Part shown: piece after piece, positions 35,908 through 47,300 of the stretch
How the letters are laid out: the number at the start of each line of letters is the position of its first letter
How positions within the stretch are numbered: the stretch's first letter is position 1
NCBI GenBank assembly: GCA_040285825.1
Contig: JAUPSS010000002.1
Span: 3,844,001-3,908,000, forward strand
From: Eukaryota sp. TZLM1-RC
Taxonomy: Eukaryota > Protista > Metamonada: BaSk clade
Reading direction: 5' to 3'
DNA: 64,000 nt
The notes under the pieces: model-generated
Databases searched by the model: none
Seen by the model: the letters and a program-made list of their open reading frames with translations, nothing else
What the model was told of the DNA's origin: nothing
Position numbers and translations under genes: made by a program

Positions 35908-36196
35908 GAGACCTGAAAATGATGAAAACCTTGATGAGAGTTCACAACGGTGAAAGATACCTTGAATGTATCTTGAGCCACAGGGAACGGTAGAGTTAGT
36001 AGGTATCAAAAAGTGTTACTGTAGAAGTTTACAGCATCGTTGCCGTCAGGACAACATAAGTTGACATGATGGTGATGTCAGATGATTGACCAGACAAACA
36101 AGATAGTGATGGGAGAAAGTTAATTTCTAGATAATCAGGAATCAATGCTGTTACCGGCAATCATTCTTTGACTCAGGGAGTTTTCCAGAAGAGTCC

Positions 36197-37510
36197 ATGA
36201 CCCCACTCAAGCAGTTTATTTTAACCCAATGTACCACTGCCACTGACTTTCTCTGCATTCACAACGATAGCCTCAGCCGATTCTACATTGGATATGAGAT
36301 GATGGATCTGCTGTCAACTCCAAGCTCCCTTCTTGAACAAGTCAACGCCTACAATCTCAATTCATTTTTAGGTGACATGCACTATCATCATGACTCACAC
36401 CTTACCACTATTATCCCATCCACTCAACCAAACTCACGACCCTTACTATCCCCTTTTCCGAATTCATTGTCCTTCTCAACTAATACCTCGGTCCCAGAAC
36501 TTTCAGATCTTCAACAATCTTTACTAGAGGTTTCATTGCATGTTCCATTGTGTTCCTTTAAGTTTAAATCATTTGAAACAATTTTTATTAATTTTCCTCG
36601 CCATGAATCAGTTTTAGAGAGGATTTGTTATATTTTGAGGGGTAAACTGTTGGATTTCATTCAACTACAATATAAAGAATCTTGGTTATTATTATCTCAC
36701 CCTGATGTTGCTTTTGATAATAATTTACAAAAGTCTATTATTTCTATTATAAATGATCAAAACCAATTTCTATTTTTAAATTCTGAAATCACCTACATTT
36801 ATCAGCAATTATCACCTCATACTCAATCAATTAAACCAATTGTTATTGGTAAAATAGATGATAATGATTGCCAAAAGAGTTTGATGACACTGGTAGTCAG
36901 GGAGCTAAGTAAATTATTATCAAATAGACCAAATTTTATTCCAATAATCGCTGCTGATGACTCAAAAATTAACCAAAATAAGGCACAATTCATCACCTTT
37001 TTTGATTCTGAAACAGTTATTGCGCAATGTAATGATGATTTAATTTTTGTCAACATTTTAAATAGAATAGAAACACTCATACATAATCAACACTACACTA
37101 CTGTTAGATTAAGTACTCCTTTGCCATTGAATAAATGGTTATCTCAAGCTCACAAAAAGTTTCCTGAATCCTTTAATAGAATGAAGTTTGAAATACTCAA
37201 TTGTAAGAGCTTGATTGTTATTAATGAATCTTTGGTTAGCTTGTTATTACCAGTTGAAGGTTTAATTCCTAGTTTTAAAGATCTCTTGCGCTTGCCATTG
37301 TCTATATGCTCAATTATTAATGAAAAATCGTTTTCAATTTGCAACTGCTTTGCCTTGTGGATTCTTGGAATCATAAGGGCGTGTGATGTTAAATTAAAGG
37401 AAGAACTGGTGTTGAAAATTGTTCAAAATGGAGGAATTGTTAATGGGAAAGGAGTGCAAATTCCCAAAGTCTTGTCTCTTTTACATCGTCCACATAATCT
37501 ATTTAATTAA
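36197..37510 (+). CDS. Hypothetical protein (437 aa)
   Basis: Long ATG ORF, divergent from the Myb gene; no recognised domain. Confidence 0.75.
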   Translation: MTPLKQFILTQCTTATDFLCIHNDSLSRFYIGYEMMDLLSTPSSLLEQVNAYNLNSFLGDMHYHHDSHLTTIIPSTQPNSRPLLSPFPNSLSFSTNTSVPELSDLQQSLLEVSLHVPLCSFKFKSFETIFINFPRHESVLERICYILRGKLLDFIQLQYKESWLLLSHPDVAFDNNLQKSIISIINDQNQFLFLNSEITYIYQQLSPHTQSIKPIVIGKIDDNDCQKSLMTLVVRELSKLLSNRPNFIPIIAADDSKINQNKAQFITFFDSETVIAQCNDDLIFVNILNRIETLIHNQHYTTVRLSTPLPLNKWLSQAHKKFPESFNRMKFEILNCKSLIVINESLVSLLLPVEGLIPSFKDLLRLPLSICSIINEKSFSICNCFALWILGIIRACDVKLKEELVLKIVQNGGIVNGKGVQIPKVLSLLHRPHNLFN

Positions 37511-38399
37511 TAAATATCAAAATAGGATTGGAAGTTGAACTTAAACTACTTAAACTTACATCTGCAAAATATTAATAATACTAATATCTGATTGGCACAA
37601 AATAGAGATTTTGTAAAACCAATACCTCAACATTTGCTGCCGAAGATAAGTAATTTTTCTATATTCCTGGATCTACATCCAATAAATCATCAAAAAAATC
37701 TTGTCCTCAAAGAATTAAAGAATCGAAAAAATTCTAATGCTATGAGAGGAGCACAACATTACAAAAGACGTGGATTATTCTATCAGTATGACAAATTTAA
37801 AAAAGGAAAAGTTTAATAAGTTTTTCTAAATATAATGAATAAATTGAATCAAGTTCAACTACAATTTTTTCCCAAAATACATTGTAATTCTTTCAGGATT
37901 TGAGGCAAATTTTTCGATATCAAGATTTCAACCAAGAATTTAATGAGCATTGTTAATGTCATTAGTGAAAGGAACAACAGATTATATGGTCCTGAGGAGA
38001 ATAACCAATTAGATGGGTTTTCGCATCTAAATGAAAAACAAATCATCTCATCAAAAGCAAGTTTATGTTTTTGGACAATGTTTCACATTGATAGTTTTCT
38101 AGAAGATAAGCAAAATATACTTTTTCACGCTCTACCACTAAAGAAATGCTTTATACCAGTTTATGTCAGAATTGATAAGATTAGCACTTTGCGAATATCA
38201 TCACCATCGCAGAAACAGTCAGCTCAACATTGTTGTGCATTGTTACTCAAGCATCACCAGGTCTTTCATTAATGCACTGTTGTTGTTCAGTCTACACTTA
38301 TTCTTGCAGCTTCAATGTACTTAAAAATTTATAGTTTTCTAGATTGTAGTTTGTTGCTTAGTTTCTTTATTTTTAAAACTGGAATAATTATTGAGATAA

Positions 38400-39590
38400 A
38401 AAACCCATCTAGAATTCAATATCCTCCAAACAAGCGTCACTATTACTGAACCTACTCACAGCATTACGTTCATATTCTACACCAATAGCTAAAAGTGGCT
38501 TTGAAATCATTGTTGGAATAGACTTGAAAATGCAAAAAACAATTCTATTTAACCAGAAAGTGGAGTTCATTGTTTTACCAGACCTATTCAGTAACACTTT
38601 TTTAAAATATTCAAAAAAGTGCAACCCTGAAGGTCCAATATTGCCAAAAAGAGAAATCGCAAACGGCACAAACTGATATTTCACATGTTCTACTCTACCT
38701 AACTGTGCCAAAGGTTCTTCATATTTTTTCATCTTCTTTTTTTCGGCGTTAGATAACGGCGAATCAGCGGAATACACTAAACGAGCAGCAGAATTTTTGC
38801 AAACATCAACTGAGACAAGATCTACAACATTGAGAACACCATCGATCTCTGGAGCTACTAAATCTGCCCTTCTTTTACCAAAGGAATCATAAGTTTGATC
38901 TGAAGTCAGCTTACGTACTAGTGGCTCAATAAATGCCTCTATATTGAAACTTTTGCACATGGCATATAATTGATCACGAACTGAGTCATGAATAAGTGAG
39001 CGATAAGTTATAAAATACTTACAGGTTCAAATATGGGAAAGCGTAACAACACTCTTGCAGCGACAAATTAAATCATTTGGTAATGAACAAGGCCATAGAA
39101 AACATCTCATTCTCATTGCAGTGGTCCATTGGTGATCATTAAGTAGGAGGCCATAAATGGTGGGAATTTGGGAGATTAGGCAACTTGAGCAACTGTCTTC
39201 AAGATCAATCAAAAAGTTTGCAAAAACGGTATTTTTTTCTTTAGCCAAGCTAAGACGTACAATATAATCCAAGTTTTCTAAAACTTTCAAGATTTTTTTC
39301 TGCAATTTTGCAAAAGTCAGTGGTAAGGAGAGCAAGCTTCTTGGAGGAAGTTCCACAATATCAGAGGGGAAACATTTAGCCCAAATATTGGGTGAAAGAG
39401 TTTCAATTTCCTGTTGCAATGAAATAAGATAAGAGCTGCCACAATTTTCAATGAGATGAATTTTTTCAGGAAAACGATTCACAAATTCATAAATATAATT
39501 CTTTCCACCTCCAATAAAGGCAGCTTTACAAAGGTAGCTTAGTTTCTCGGTGAAATAAATCAAAACAATACAACAATGGAGATAACTCAC
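38400..39590 (-). mobile_element. 5'-truncated RLE-type non-LTR retrotransposon fragment (second family)
   Basis: CRC...H knuckle, HDSVRDQLYAMCK, RRADLV, VVDLVSVD, KKMKKY, PFAISLFG; frameshift near 39025. Confidence 0.85.
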
Positions 39591-39690
39591 TCAAAAGCAT
39601 GTCTTTTTTCAAAAATGCACTTTGAAAAAAGCACTATCTTTGGGTGTATCGCTGTCAAAATGAAAATGATTTTTTTGATTTTTTTTCTGC

Positions 39691-39725
39691 TACATTGGAG
39701 CCAAAGGCTTAATCCTTTGTTATAG
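39691..39725 (+). other. Isolated copy of the Fanzor right-end motif upstream of the UPF0193 gene
   Basis: tacattggagccaaaggcttaatcctttgttatag aligns with taaattggtgcaaaaaggacacttatttcattgttatag (32823-32861). Confidence 0.55.
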
Positions 39726-39741
39726 TCAATATCCATCAGAA

Positions 39742-40296
39742 ATGACTAACAAATTCAGCTCTTCAACTCTCTCATTTGTGGACAATTTGTTCTCAAAATC
39801 CAATGTGCCGTCCTCCATGAGAACATCACTCAAAAAGAGTCTTCAGACAGGGGAACCTGCACCTTCGAGACCACGACGACTTCCTCCAACTGACCCTCCT
39901 CTCTTTGGACGTCCATCACTAAGATACATGACAAAGAGAACCAAAGATTGTATCTCCATTCCACCACGTGATGAAGCTCCTCCTGCTCCCGGAATGGATC
40001 GACAGAAGCTTACTCTCAATCTGCAGAACAAGATGGAAGGGGTAAAGATGAACGAGACTCGAACTAATTTTTGTGTGGAAAAGACAATTAATGAGGAAGT
40101 TGATTTATTTACAGAAATAGAAAATGAAATTCAAGAACGATTTGAATTTCTAGTCTCGCTGGACAAGAAAGGACTCTATGAAAATGAAGAAATAATTAAA
40201 CTTCAAATTGTTTCGAAATTAAATGAATTAAAATCACTAAATTTCGATAAATACGTCAAATTACCAAAAAAATGGTTTTCATTTGTTAGATCTTGA
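39742..40296 (+). CDS. UPF0193 (EVG1/C22orf23-like) protein
   Basis: C-terminal DLFTEIENEIQERFEFLVSL...IIKLQIVSKLNELKSL matches my recollection of the UPF0193 motif. Confidence 0.7.
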   Translation: MTNKFSSSTLSFVDNLFSKSNVPSSMRTSLKKSLQTGEPAPSRPRRLPPTDPPLFGRPSLRYMTKRTKDCISIPPRDEAPPAPGMDRQKLTLNLQNKMEGVKMNETRTNFCVEKTINEEVDLFTEIENEIQERFEFLVSLDKKGLYENEEIIKLQIVSKLNELKSLNFDKYVKLPKKWFSFVRS

Positions 40297-41094
40297 ACTT
40301 GATCTTGAACTGAGCTGAGAATGTAAGGTATTTGTCAGAATTCCTGCTAATTTTGGTATTGACGGTCTGTTTTGATTGATTGAATTTTTGATTGATTGAC
40401 CATTGCAAACTAAACTTTCCTCTTTTGGAATTTCTAATTGTTTTATTCCAATTCCCAACTGAGATTTAGATTTGTTTCTTTTAATTAAAAGATTTGGAGT
40501 TTTTTGCAATTTAGGTTCTTTTTCTTCTGTAATAAATGTACTGATTTTTGACCCTTCATTTTGACCTTCTTGACTTTGTTTGACTTTGGGACTTAGTGAT
40601 ATATTCTGATGTAAAGGTGTAAGGTTGGGATTCAACATCGAGAATTTCTTGAGATTTGTGGGGGAATCATCCTTCATGTTATGCTCCGTGGTTCTATCAA
40701 TCGCTGCCGACGTAGGTCTGACGGCTGATCCATGGTGGCTTTCAGTCGGTGAAACTAAGGGCGGCGGAAGGCTGTTGAAGGCAATTTCCTGAATACTGGT
40801 AAGTGAAGCACTAAATGGGCACTTACTACATGTTCTCTGTTTGGTTACAGGGGCAGATTGTGGTCTGAGTTGATTAGAAGAAATAGTAGGTGTATCAGGA
40901 AACATATTAATCTTTAAACGACTTGAATCTGTGGAATATAGATGGTTAAGTTCATTAGAAAAAGAACGACAAGAAGACCTGAGCTTATCTCTTTCTTCAT
41001 TGTCATGTTTTGCATATCGTGAAGAATGTTTGTCAATAAGAGCTTGCAGACGTACAGATTCTGTAAGTTTTTGTGTAACAATTGAGAAAGACAT
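40279..41094 (-). CDS. Hypothetical low-complexity protein (RPxSA motifs)
   Basis: ATG at 41094, ~271-aa ORF; its 3' end overlaps the convergent gene by 18 bp. Confidence 0.7.
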   Translation of the reverse strand: MSFSIVTQKLTESVRLQALIDKHSSRYAKHDNEERDKLRSSCRSFSNELNHLYSTDSSRLKINMFPDTPTISSNQLRPQSAPVTKQRTCSKCPFSASLTSIQEIAFNSLPPPLVSPTESHHGSAVRPTSAAIDRTTEHNMKDDSPTNLKKFSMLNPNLTPLHQNISLSPKVKQSQEGQNEGSKISTFITEEKEPKLQKTPNLLIKRNKSKSQLGIGIKQLEIPKEESLVCNGQSIKNSINQNRPSIPKLAGILTNTLHSQLSSRSSSRSNK

Positions 41095-41265
41095 TGATGA
41101 ATATGCCACAAATGTCAAATAGTACTAAGTAACCTGTTTAATCTCTCAAATATGTCAGTCGTTGAGATTACCGGAATATGAAGATGAATCTAGATCTTTT
41201 CAAAACTTGAGGTCTTTCATTTACTTCAAGATACTTTTCCACAACATGAATCATATTAAGAACAG

Positions 41266-41700
41266 CAAATGAAACTTTGGTACAAAGAAGGAAACTTAAT
41301 CCTGCAAAATATCTGGAATATCTGGATCTGCAGCGAAAGAAAAACATAGAAAATATGACAAAGATATCGAAGAAGGTAATGCTGATAGAAATACACAACT
41401 AGTTTTTTTTGCTTTCCTATTATCGATACACGGAAGACTATCATTAGAAGCAGGAACTTTTTTGAATTATTTTTTAAAATTGGTTCAACAAAAACAATGA
41501 AAAGATTTGATATCCTTTTGTGACGGTCACGAATTCCATTTGCTTTACTTAATAGATTGCCTCAGTTCTTTTATTGAATAAGAGAAAGCATTCGCAAGAA
41601 AACAAGCAGATCAGGATTTTGTAGAGGAAATCTTTGTTCATTGAATTTAGTCCCATTAGTTCTGATTAAATCTTATTAGGTGTTGTCGTTCAATAAATTG
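41266..41700 (+). mobile_element. 3' end fragment of the same RLE non-LTR family as 4990-7920
   Basis: Nucleotide similarity to the ANDTLVHRRKLNP...KHRKYDKDIE...QDFVEEI segment and to the 3' UTR ending gttcaataaa. Confidence 0.85.
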
Positions 41701-41901
41701 AGAATTCTATAGACATCTACACTTCTTGCAAGTGAGTAATCCATGATTATTTAACACTTGAATCATAAAGCTAACCAGGAATTCATATGAAAGCATTCTT
41801 GGTAATAATGGATCAGATATTTTACTAAAAAATAAAAACAATTCAAGCTAAAAACAAATCTTTATTTAAAATACAATAAAATTAATAAAATTATAAGAAA
41901 G

Positions 41902-43440
41902 TTAAACTTCACCATTCAAATGTCTCAAAGTAAAGCCATCTGCATTTTTCAAAACAAGAATTCTTGAAAAAACATTCAGTTCTTTTCCAATTTCTAAATC
42001 ATTAATACTAATATGACCATCGCCTTTAGGCACCTTTGTCCTTTTTAAAGTCACTCCACCAATATAGCCTGAATTATGCTGAGGAATTTCAAATAAAGAA
42101 ATAGTAGAATCCTCGCAATAATAACAAAGAACAAATTTTCTGCCATCAGAATCACCAGCAATTTCAGCCTCAAACCTTAAAACAGGAGGTTCTTCTCCGT
42201 TTATCAGATAATGAGCTTTCTTGACAACAGGTTTAGGCACCAAAGAGACACAATTGGCCAAAGAATCTTCTTCGCTTCCAATACCAGAATGTTTAGGAAC
42301 AGTAAACGTGAGAGTCTTTGGTTTTCTTTCCATTTCTGACCTTTTAATAGTAGGTTTGGGAATGGGATCGGCAAGTGCCACGTTGTTATCACGATACCAA
42401 TCACGTGTGAAGTCATCTACATCATGAATTAAAAACTTCCTATTGTAAACATTAATTTCATTTCCAATTAATAAATCCTTCCAAGTATAAGTTTCTAATT
42501 CCTTGTATGGTTCCTTTTGATTTATATTTTTTGGTAACTTTTGACGTTTTAAAAACTGAGAAGAATCAGCCCGTCCACTGTTTGCTCCACGCACCTCAAC
42601 AATTTCCAAAGAATCCTCTGATAAGAAGTAATGAATTTCAAACAATCGCACGTCATCAACAACATCATCCACGTCACGCCACGTGGCATAAAAGCAAAGA
42701 ACTTTGCCATCATATTTTAAAAATCTTCTGAAAGGAATTTCGTCCAAGTTTGGTGTTTTTGTATAAGTTGTGGTATCTTCCAGCTGTTGCCTAATAACAT
42801 CAGTATAGCGATCTTGAGGAATTGAGAATGGCCCGGGAACGGAGACACCATTGGATGAAAGGAAATCTCTTGTGGATTTATCACAGTCAACCAGCATATA
42901 AACCCTTCCAAAGATCTCCAGCTCTTCTCCCACGTTCAATCTCTCCCATGTAATATGAGGAGACAGAGTGGGATCCAGAGGGGAAGGAACGTTGGGGTAG
43001 GCTTTCTGTCGGGAGAGAATGACACCTTGGGGGAGTTGGGAGTTCTCAATGGGAGGTTCGGTAATTTGAAGTGTTTCGTCATCGAGGAAGAAGTAGATGA
43101 AACACCGACGGACTCGGTACTGCTCAAAGCAAGTTTCAACTACAGGCTCCTTGAAGTAGGCATGGAAACGTAGCACTTTACGATCATAGTGTAGGAATGC
43201 AGGCTTGGTTTCACCAGTGGGGGTAGAGACTAAACGTTCACGAGAATTCATGGGAGACGGGACATAGTTGGAGTGAAGAGTATCCATGCCGATTCCAGGA
43301 ACGTCTTTCATGCGAGGACAACCATCATTGATATCAAAGATGTGAGATTTATGGAAAGAAGTTTGGCGCATTTTATCAGCAAAGGATGTGCCTGGTAGAT
43401 GTGGAAGAGAAGTATCCAGTCTACGAGTGTGTTGACTCAT
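41902..43440 (-). CDS. EFHC1: EFHC1/Rib72-like flagellar microtubule inner protein (three DM10 domains)
   Basis: DM10 motifs YDRKVLRFHAYFKE, EPPIENSQLPQG, DGKVLCFYATW, NSGR, GIGSEEDSLANC, HNSGYIGG; no EF-hand tail. Confidence 0.92.
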   Translation of the reverse strand: MSQHTRRLDTSLPHLPGTSFADKMRQTSFHKSHIFDINDGCPRMKDVPGIGMDTLHSNYVPSPMNSRERLVSTPTGETKPAFLHYDRKVLRFHAYFKEPVVETCFEQYRVRRCFIYFFLDDETLQITEPPIENSQLPQGVILSRQKAYPNVPSPLDPTLSPHITWERLNVGEELEIFGRVYMLVDCDKSTRDFLSSNGVSVPGPFSIPQDRYTDVIRQQLEDTTTYTKTPNLDEIPFRRFLKYDGKVLCFYATWRDVDDVVDDVRLFEIHYFLSEDSLEIVEVRGANSGRADSSQFLKRQKLPKNINQKEPYKELETYTWKDLLIGNEINVYNRKFLIHDVDDFTRDWYRDNNVALADPIPKPTIKRSEMERKPKTLTFTVPKHSGIGSEEDSLANCVSLVPKPVVKKAHYLINGEEPPVLRFEAEIAGDSDGRKFVLCYYCEDSTISLFEIPQHNSGYIGGVTLKRTKVPKGDGHISINDLEIGKELNVFSRILVLKNADGFTLRHLNGEV

Positions 43441-43455
43441 TCTTACAGATATTGT

Positions 43456-43935
43456 CTATACCAATTAAGAGAGACTGATTTTCTGTGAGGTGGACGATTT
43501 TCTCCTTGATATCGTTTTTTGAACTTTCATCAACCCCGGCTCTTTGTAGGTAAACGGGTCTATCTCCACCTTTTACATGTGCTTCCATTACTGCCAACAT
43601 AATCAGCGAAGCATTTCTCATGTTTTACACTCGGTAAGCCCGTGACGAATAGACATCTCATGCCTCTTCCATGGACTTGAATTTCTGCATCATCAGAATA
43701 CTTCAACTGTTTTCTCTGCTTTTTGCAGTTGAAACAACAACAACTGGTTCAAAACTGATCAATTCAAAAGACCATATAACTATCCTTTCTAAATAAAATT
43801 CTCAGCCCTTTTCTTTTGGTAGGTTCTTTGGATTTCTTGTGTTTTCGTTGTTCCCAGTCTCCGATTCCAATAACTACTTTTCTGGGATTACCAATTACTG
43901 ATTCGAATCTCTGGATCATCTTTGTCTCAGATCTT
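43456..43935 (-). mobile_element. Fanzor1-type (TnpB-like) pseudogene, 3' portion with right end
   Basis: RSETKMIQRF...VVIGIGDWEQRKH...KEPTK..GLRILFRK; RuvC-II region IDQF*TSCCCFNC; HGL.ECKT; NASLIMLAV...DRPVYLQR; ends aattggtatag 15 nt before the EFHC1 ATG. Confidence 0.85.
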
Positions 43936-44395
43936 CAAAAAGCCTCATAGTCATTAACTCATGCCATACCATAAAAAGAGGATTTACTTCAAAAAAGGAC
44001 TTGTTCTTCTTATTTTGAGATCAAGGTGTCCCAAGGTAGTTGCATCATAGTATAACAGCATAAATTCTAAAGAAAAAAAGTTAAAAAAAGAAGTGCGGCT
44101 GTGCAAAAATCAGGGACAGGTGAAGAAGTTGAAATCAGGGAGTTAGAATATGGTGTTCCTTAATACTTAGTGTAATTAAATTTATTAGTCTTGGAATAGG
44201 GAATTCTTCCAGATAACAAAATTTGAATATTTTGCACATGGTTACAAGTTGAGATCAAACAAGACAGATGATTTATTGTCAAATTACTAAAGTGCATTTT
44301 CAGGAAAAACTACCCAAGAAATTAGGTTGTTAAAAAAATATAACAAATTTATACACAAATCCGCAAAACTATACAAAAACTAAAAAAAACACACC

Positions 44396-47300
44396 TTATG
44401 GCTCTTTTTTCAACTCCTCCAATTCAAACGCTGCTTGATACAGAGGATTCGAGAATGGATCCAATCTAGTTGCATTATCCTTCACTAACCTCTTGAAAAA
44501 AAACTTATACCGTTGAAACAAAATTTCAACAAGTGATAAAACAAACCCAACAGCACCAGTAACTCCAGCCGAAGCTCCCAGTGCATTAGAAAAGAATGAT
44601 GCCAGAGTCTCCTTATCTCGAAGTTCAGTAATCAAAACAAACGGAGATTCATCAAAAATAAGCAAGACGGAGAGCCCCGAATTGTAAGCAAAATCAGAAC
44701 TTGAAACCAAGTCACCAAACTCCCGTGATTCAAGATTTAAATGATAGCCAGATTGTTGGGAACTGTCTCGAGAATGATCGATAAATAAACTTTTAATTGC
44801 TTCATACCTAAAAACTGTAGGGTGTGAACCCCTAAACAACATTTGTACTGGGGCATTCAAATGAGAAGACACAACTGAATGACCAAAAGGAAGGCTTGAC
44901 GAGGATGAAACATTGAGATCCAAAGAAAAGGCAAATGCTCGTGGATCGGTTAGTGCAATTTCCAAGGAAGAGTGTACAGAAGTTAGTAGACACTTTTTCA
45001 ACCGAATGTCGATCAAACAATTGCTAGTGTTGGTTCCTGCAACAAAACTAGTGCTGGTTAAAGTTTTTTCACATCTCATAGACGAGAAATCAAGATTTAC
45101 AAAAGAAGAGAGACAAACTCCTTGATAGCCTTGAACTAATAACGAAATATTGGTATTGAATTCGAAATTTTCATCAATCAAAAAGGTTGGCTCCATCGTT
45201 CTAAGGTAAGTATGATTATCAAAAACAAATTGAGTCAACAAAACCGCTACCAGGCCAAGAGTGATGAGGATAAACCAACAAGTGAATAGTCTTCCAAGTT
45301 TGGTTTTTCTTCTAATGATTACACTATCGAGTTCAACATAATGACTTCTTGAAAAAATATCAATCGGCAGAATCTTGCTAGCTCGTTTGCCTAAAATAAA
45401 GGCAAAAACGGTTATTGAGATGGCTAGAAATGAACCAATTGACAAAATTGTGAGAGAAACAGAAGATACTAAACTTACATTATCATCTGGTAGTGAAGGT
45501 TGAAGAGACCCGTACCTACTATAAGAAGACATGTTGCTCATGGGAAAAGTGCTTCCAACTGGACAAAAATCATCCAAATTACAGGGGAAACATTCAAAGG
45601 AACCTCTATATGGTTGATAAGTACCTTCTTCACACGGTATACAAGACTCAATACCAACAGCAGAATAACTAGTTGAGTAAAAACCACGAGGGCATGGTAG
45701 GCAAACAGAGCCAGTTGCAGTAGAAGTACCATAATATCCTGGATCACAAGGTTCACATAGGTTCCCGTTAGAGGAGTTTGTCGTTTGTCTACTTCCTGGC
45801 TGACAGTCAAGGGTACACTCTAATCCTCTAGTGGTGAAATCATTGCAGGTGAATTGTCTTTCAAATAAAGTATTAGTCCCAAAACCATCTATTGAAAGAC
45901 TTGAAGCAACACGAGAGCCACCAAAAACAAAAACAGAATTGCCAATGGCAGCTGTTGAGAATGATAATGATTCAAATAAATGATCATGAAAATATTCAAA
46001 ATTCAAAACTTTAATTGGATCTGTGTCACTAAGTGTTCCTAATTTAAGAAAAGAAATCCTGCCCACATAAGCATCCCACATTACTCCACCAAATAAGAAA
46101 ACATTATCTCCAAATACAATTGGGGTAAAAGAGTTAGTGGGAATGGAAGGTGAAATAAAAACCAACGATTGATTAAACCAAATATTTTCAGTAGAATCGT
46201 CTAAATTGAGTTTGTAAATGTAATCCTGGTTAGCTGTCCATTGACTACTCCTCCCTCCCAACAAAGCCAAATAGCTTGGTTCACCAGCAATGGTGACTAG
46301 GCCACAACTATCCAATGGAGGTGGGATATGGGAAGATGGATGAATATCAATAAGTTTCCATTCTCCAGTGGGTAGGTTTAGAGTGTACAAACTATCGCTC
46401 AATCCACCAGAAGTTTGACCTCCATACACGTATACAAGGTTAAAATGACGTGCACAACAGGAAAAAGCTCGGGGAGTGGGGCGTTCTCCAAACGTTTCCA
46501 AAACAGTCCATTCCGCAGTTAGAGTGTTAAAAACATAGACTTCACTAGTGAGCACTTCGTCAACCCTACCTCCAAAAGAGATTAAACGGCTGCCAAACCC
46601 CAGTAGACAATGTCCTTCCAGAATAGGAGCCACAAAGGAAGAGGTGACTTCTTGAAAGGACCATTGTTGGAAATCAAGATCGAAATAGTAAACACTGGTT
46701 TCTCTTGAACTTGAGGATTGACGAAAACCACCAGTAAAATAAATTTTACTTGCTATGGTAACACTTTGATGTGATGCAACTGAAGGGGGAACAGCAAAGT
46801 GGTCTCCTAGAGTTTGGAAGAAAATCACATCATCATTGGTCCAAAAAGAATCAGTTTCAATCAAAAATAATGTATTCAAGACACCAATATCAAAATAACC
46901 CCCAAAAACAATGATTTGATTGCCGTAAATCACGCTAACTGTTGAATCTACCGCAAATTCTCTAATCTCATTACTCATTTTGTATGATACCCAATACCAT
47001 TGATTAAAATCTAAAGAATTAAAGGTCCTCAATACTTGAATTTTATCTGAACTTTGTTGTTTGTCTCGGAGCCAACCTCCTATTATTATAAAGTTACCAG
47101 AATCATCAAAAAGAGTTGAAGTTAGATAAGTTCCAAATGAACCATTCAGACAAGGAGTTAGATCAATCAAATCCGCTGTAAACGTCATAAGATCAGAATC
47201 ATTTGATTGATTGATGGTAATCAGCCACGTGTCATTTTTATCAGACTGTGTGGCACTAGCAGCTACGTGTGTCCTCCCGGAAAATAACAACACACTAGAT

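Noticed and set aside
37560-38330. Short ORFs 37592-37816 and 37943-38272
   Set aside because: No recognisable motifs; likely relic or spurious in AT-rich DNA.
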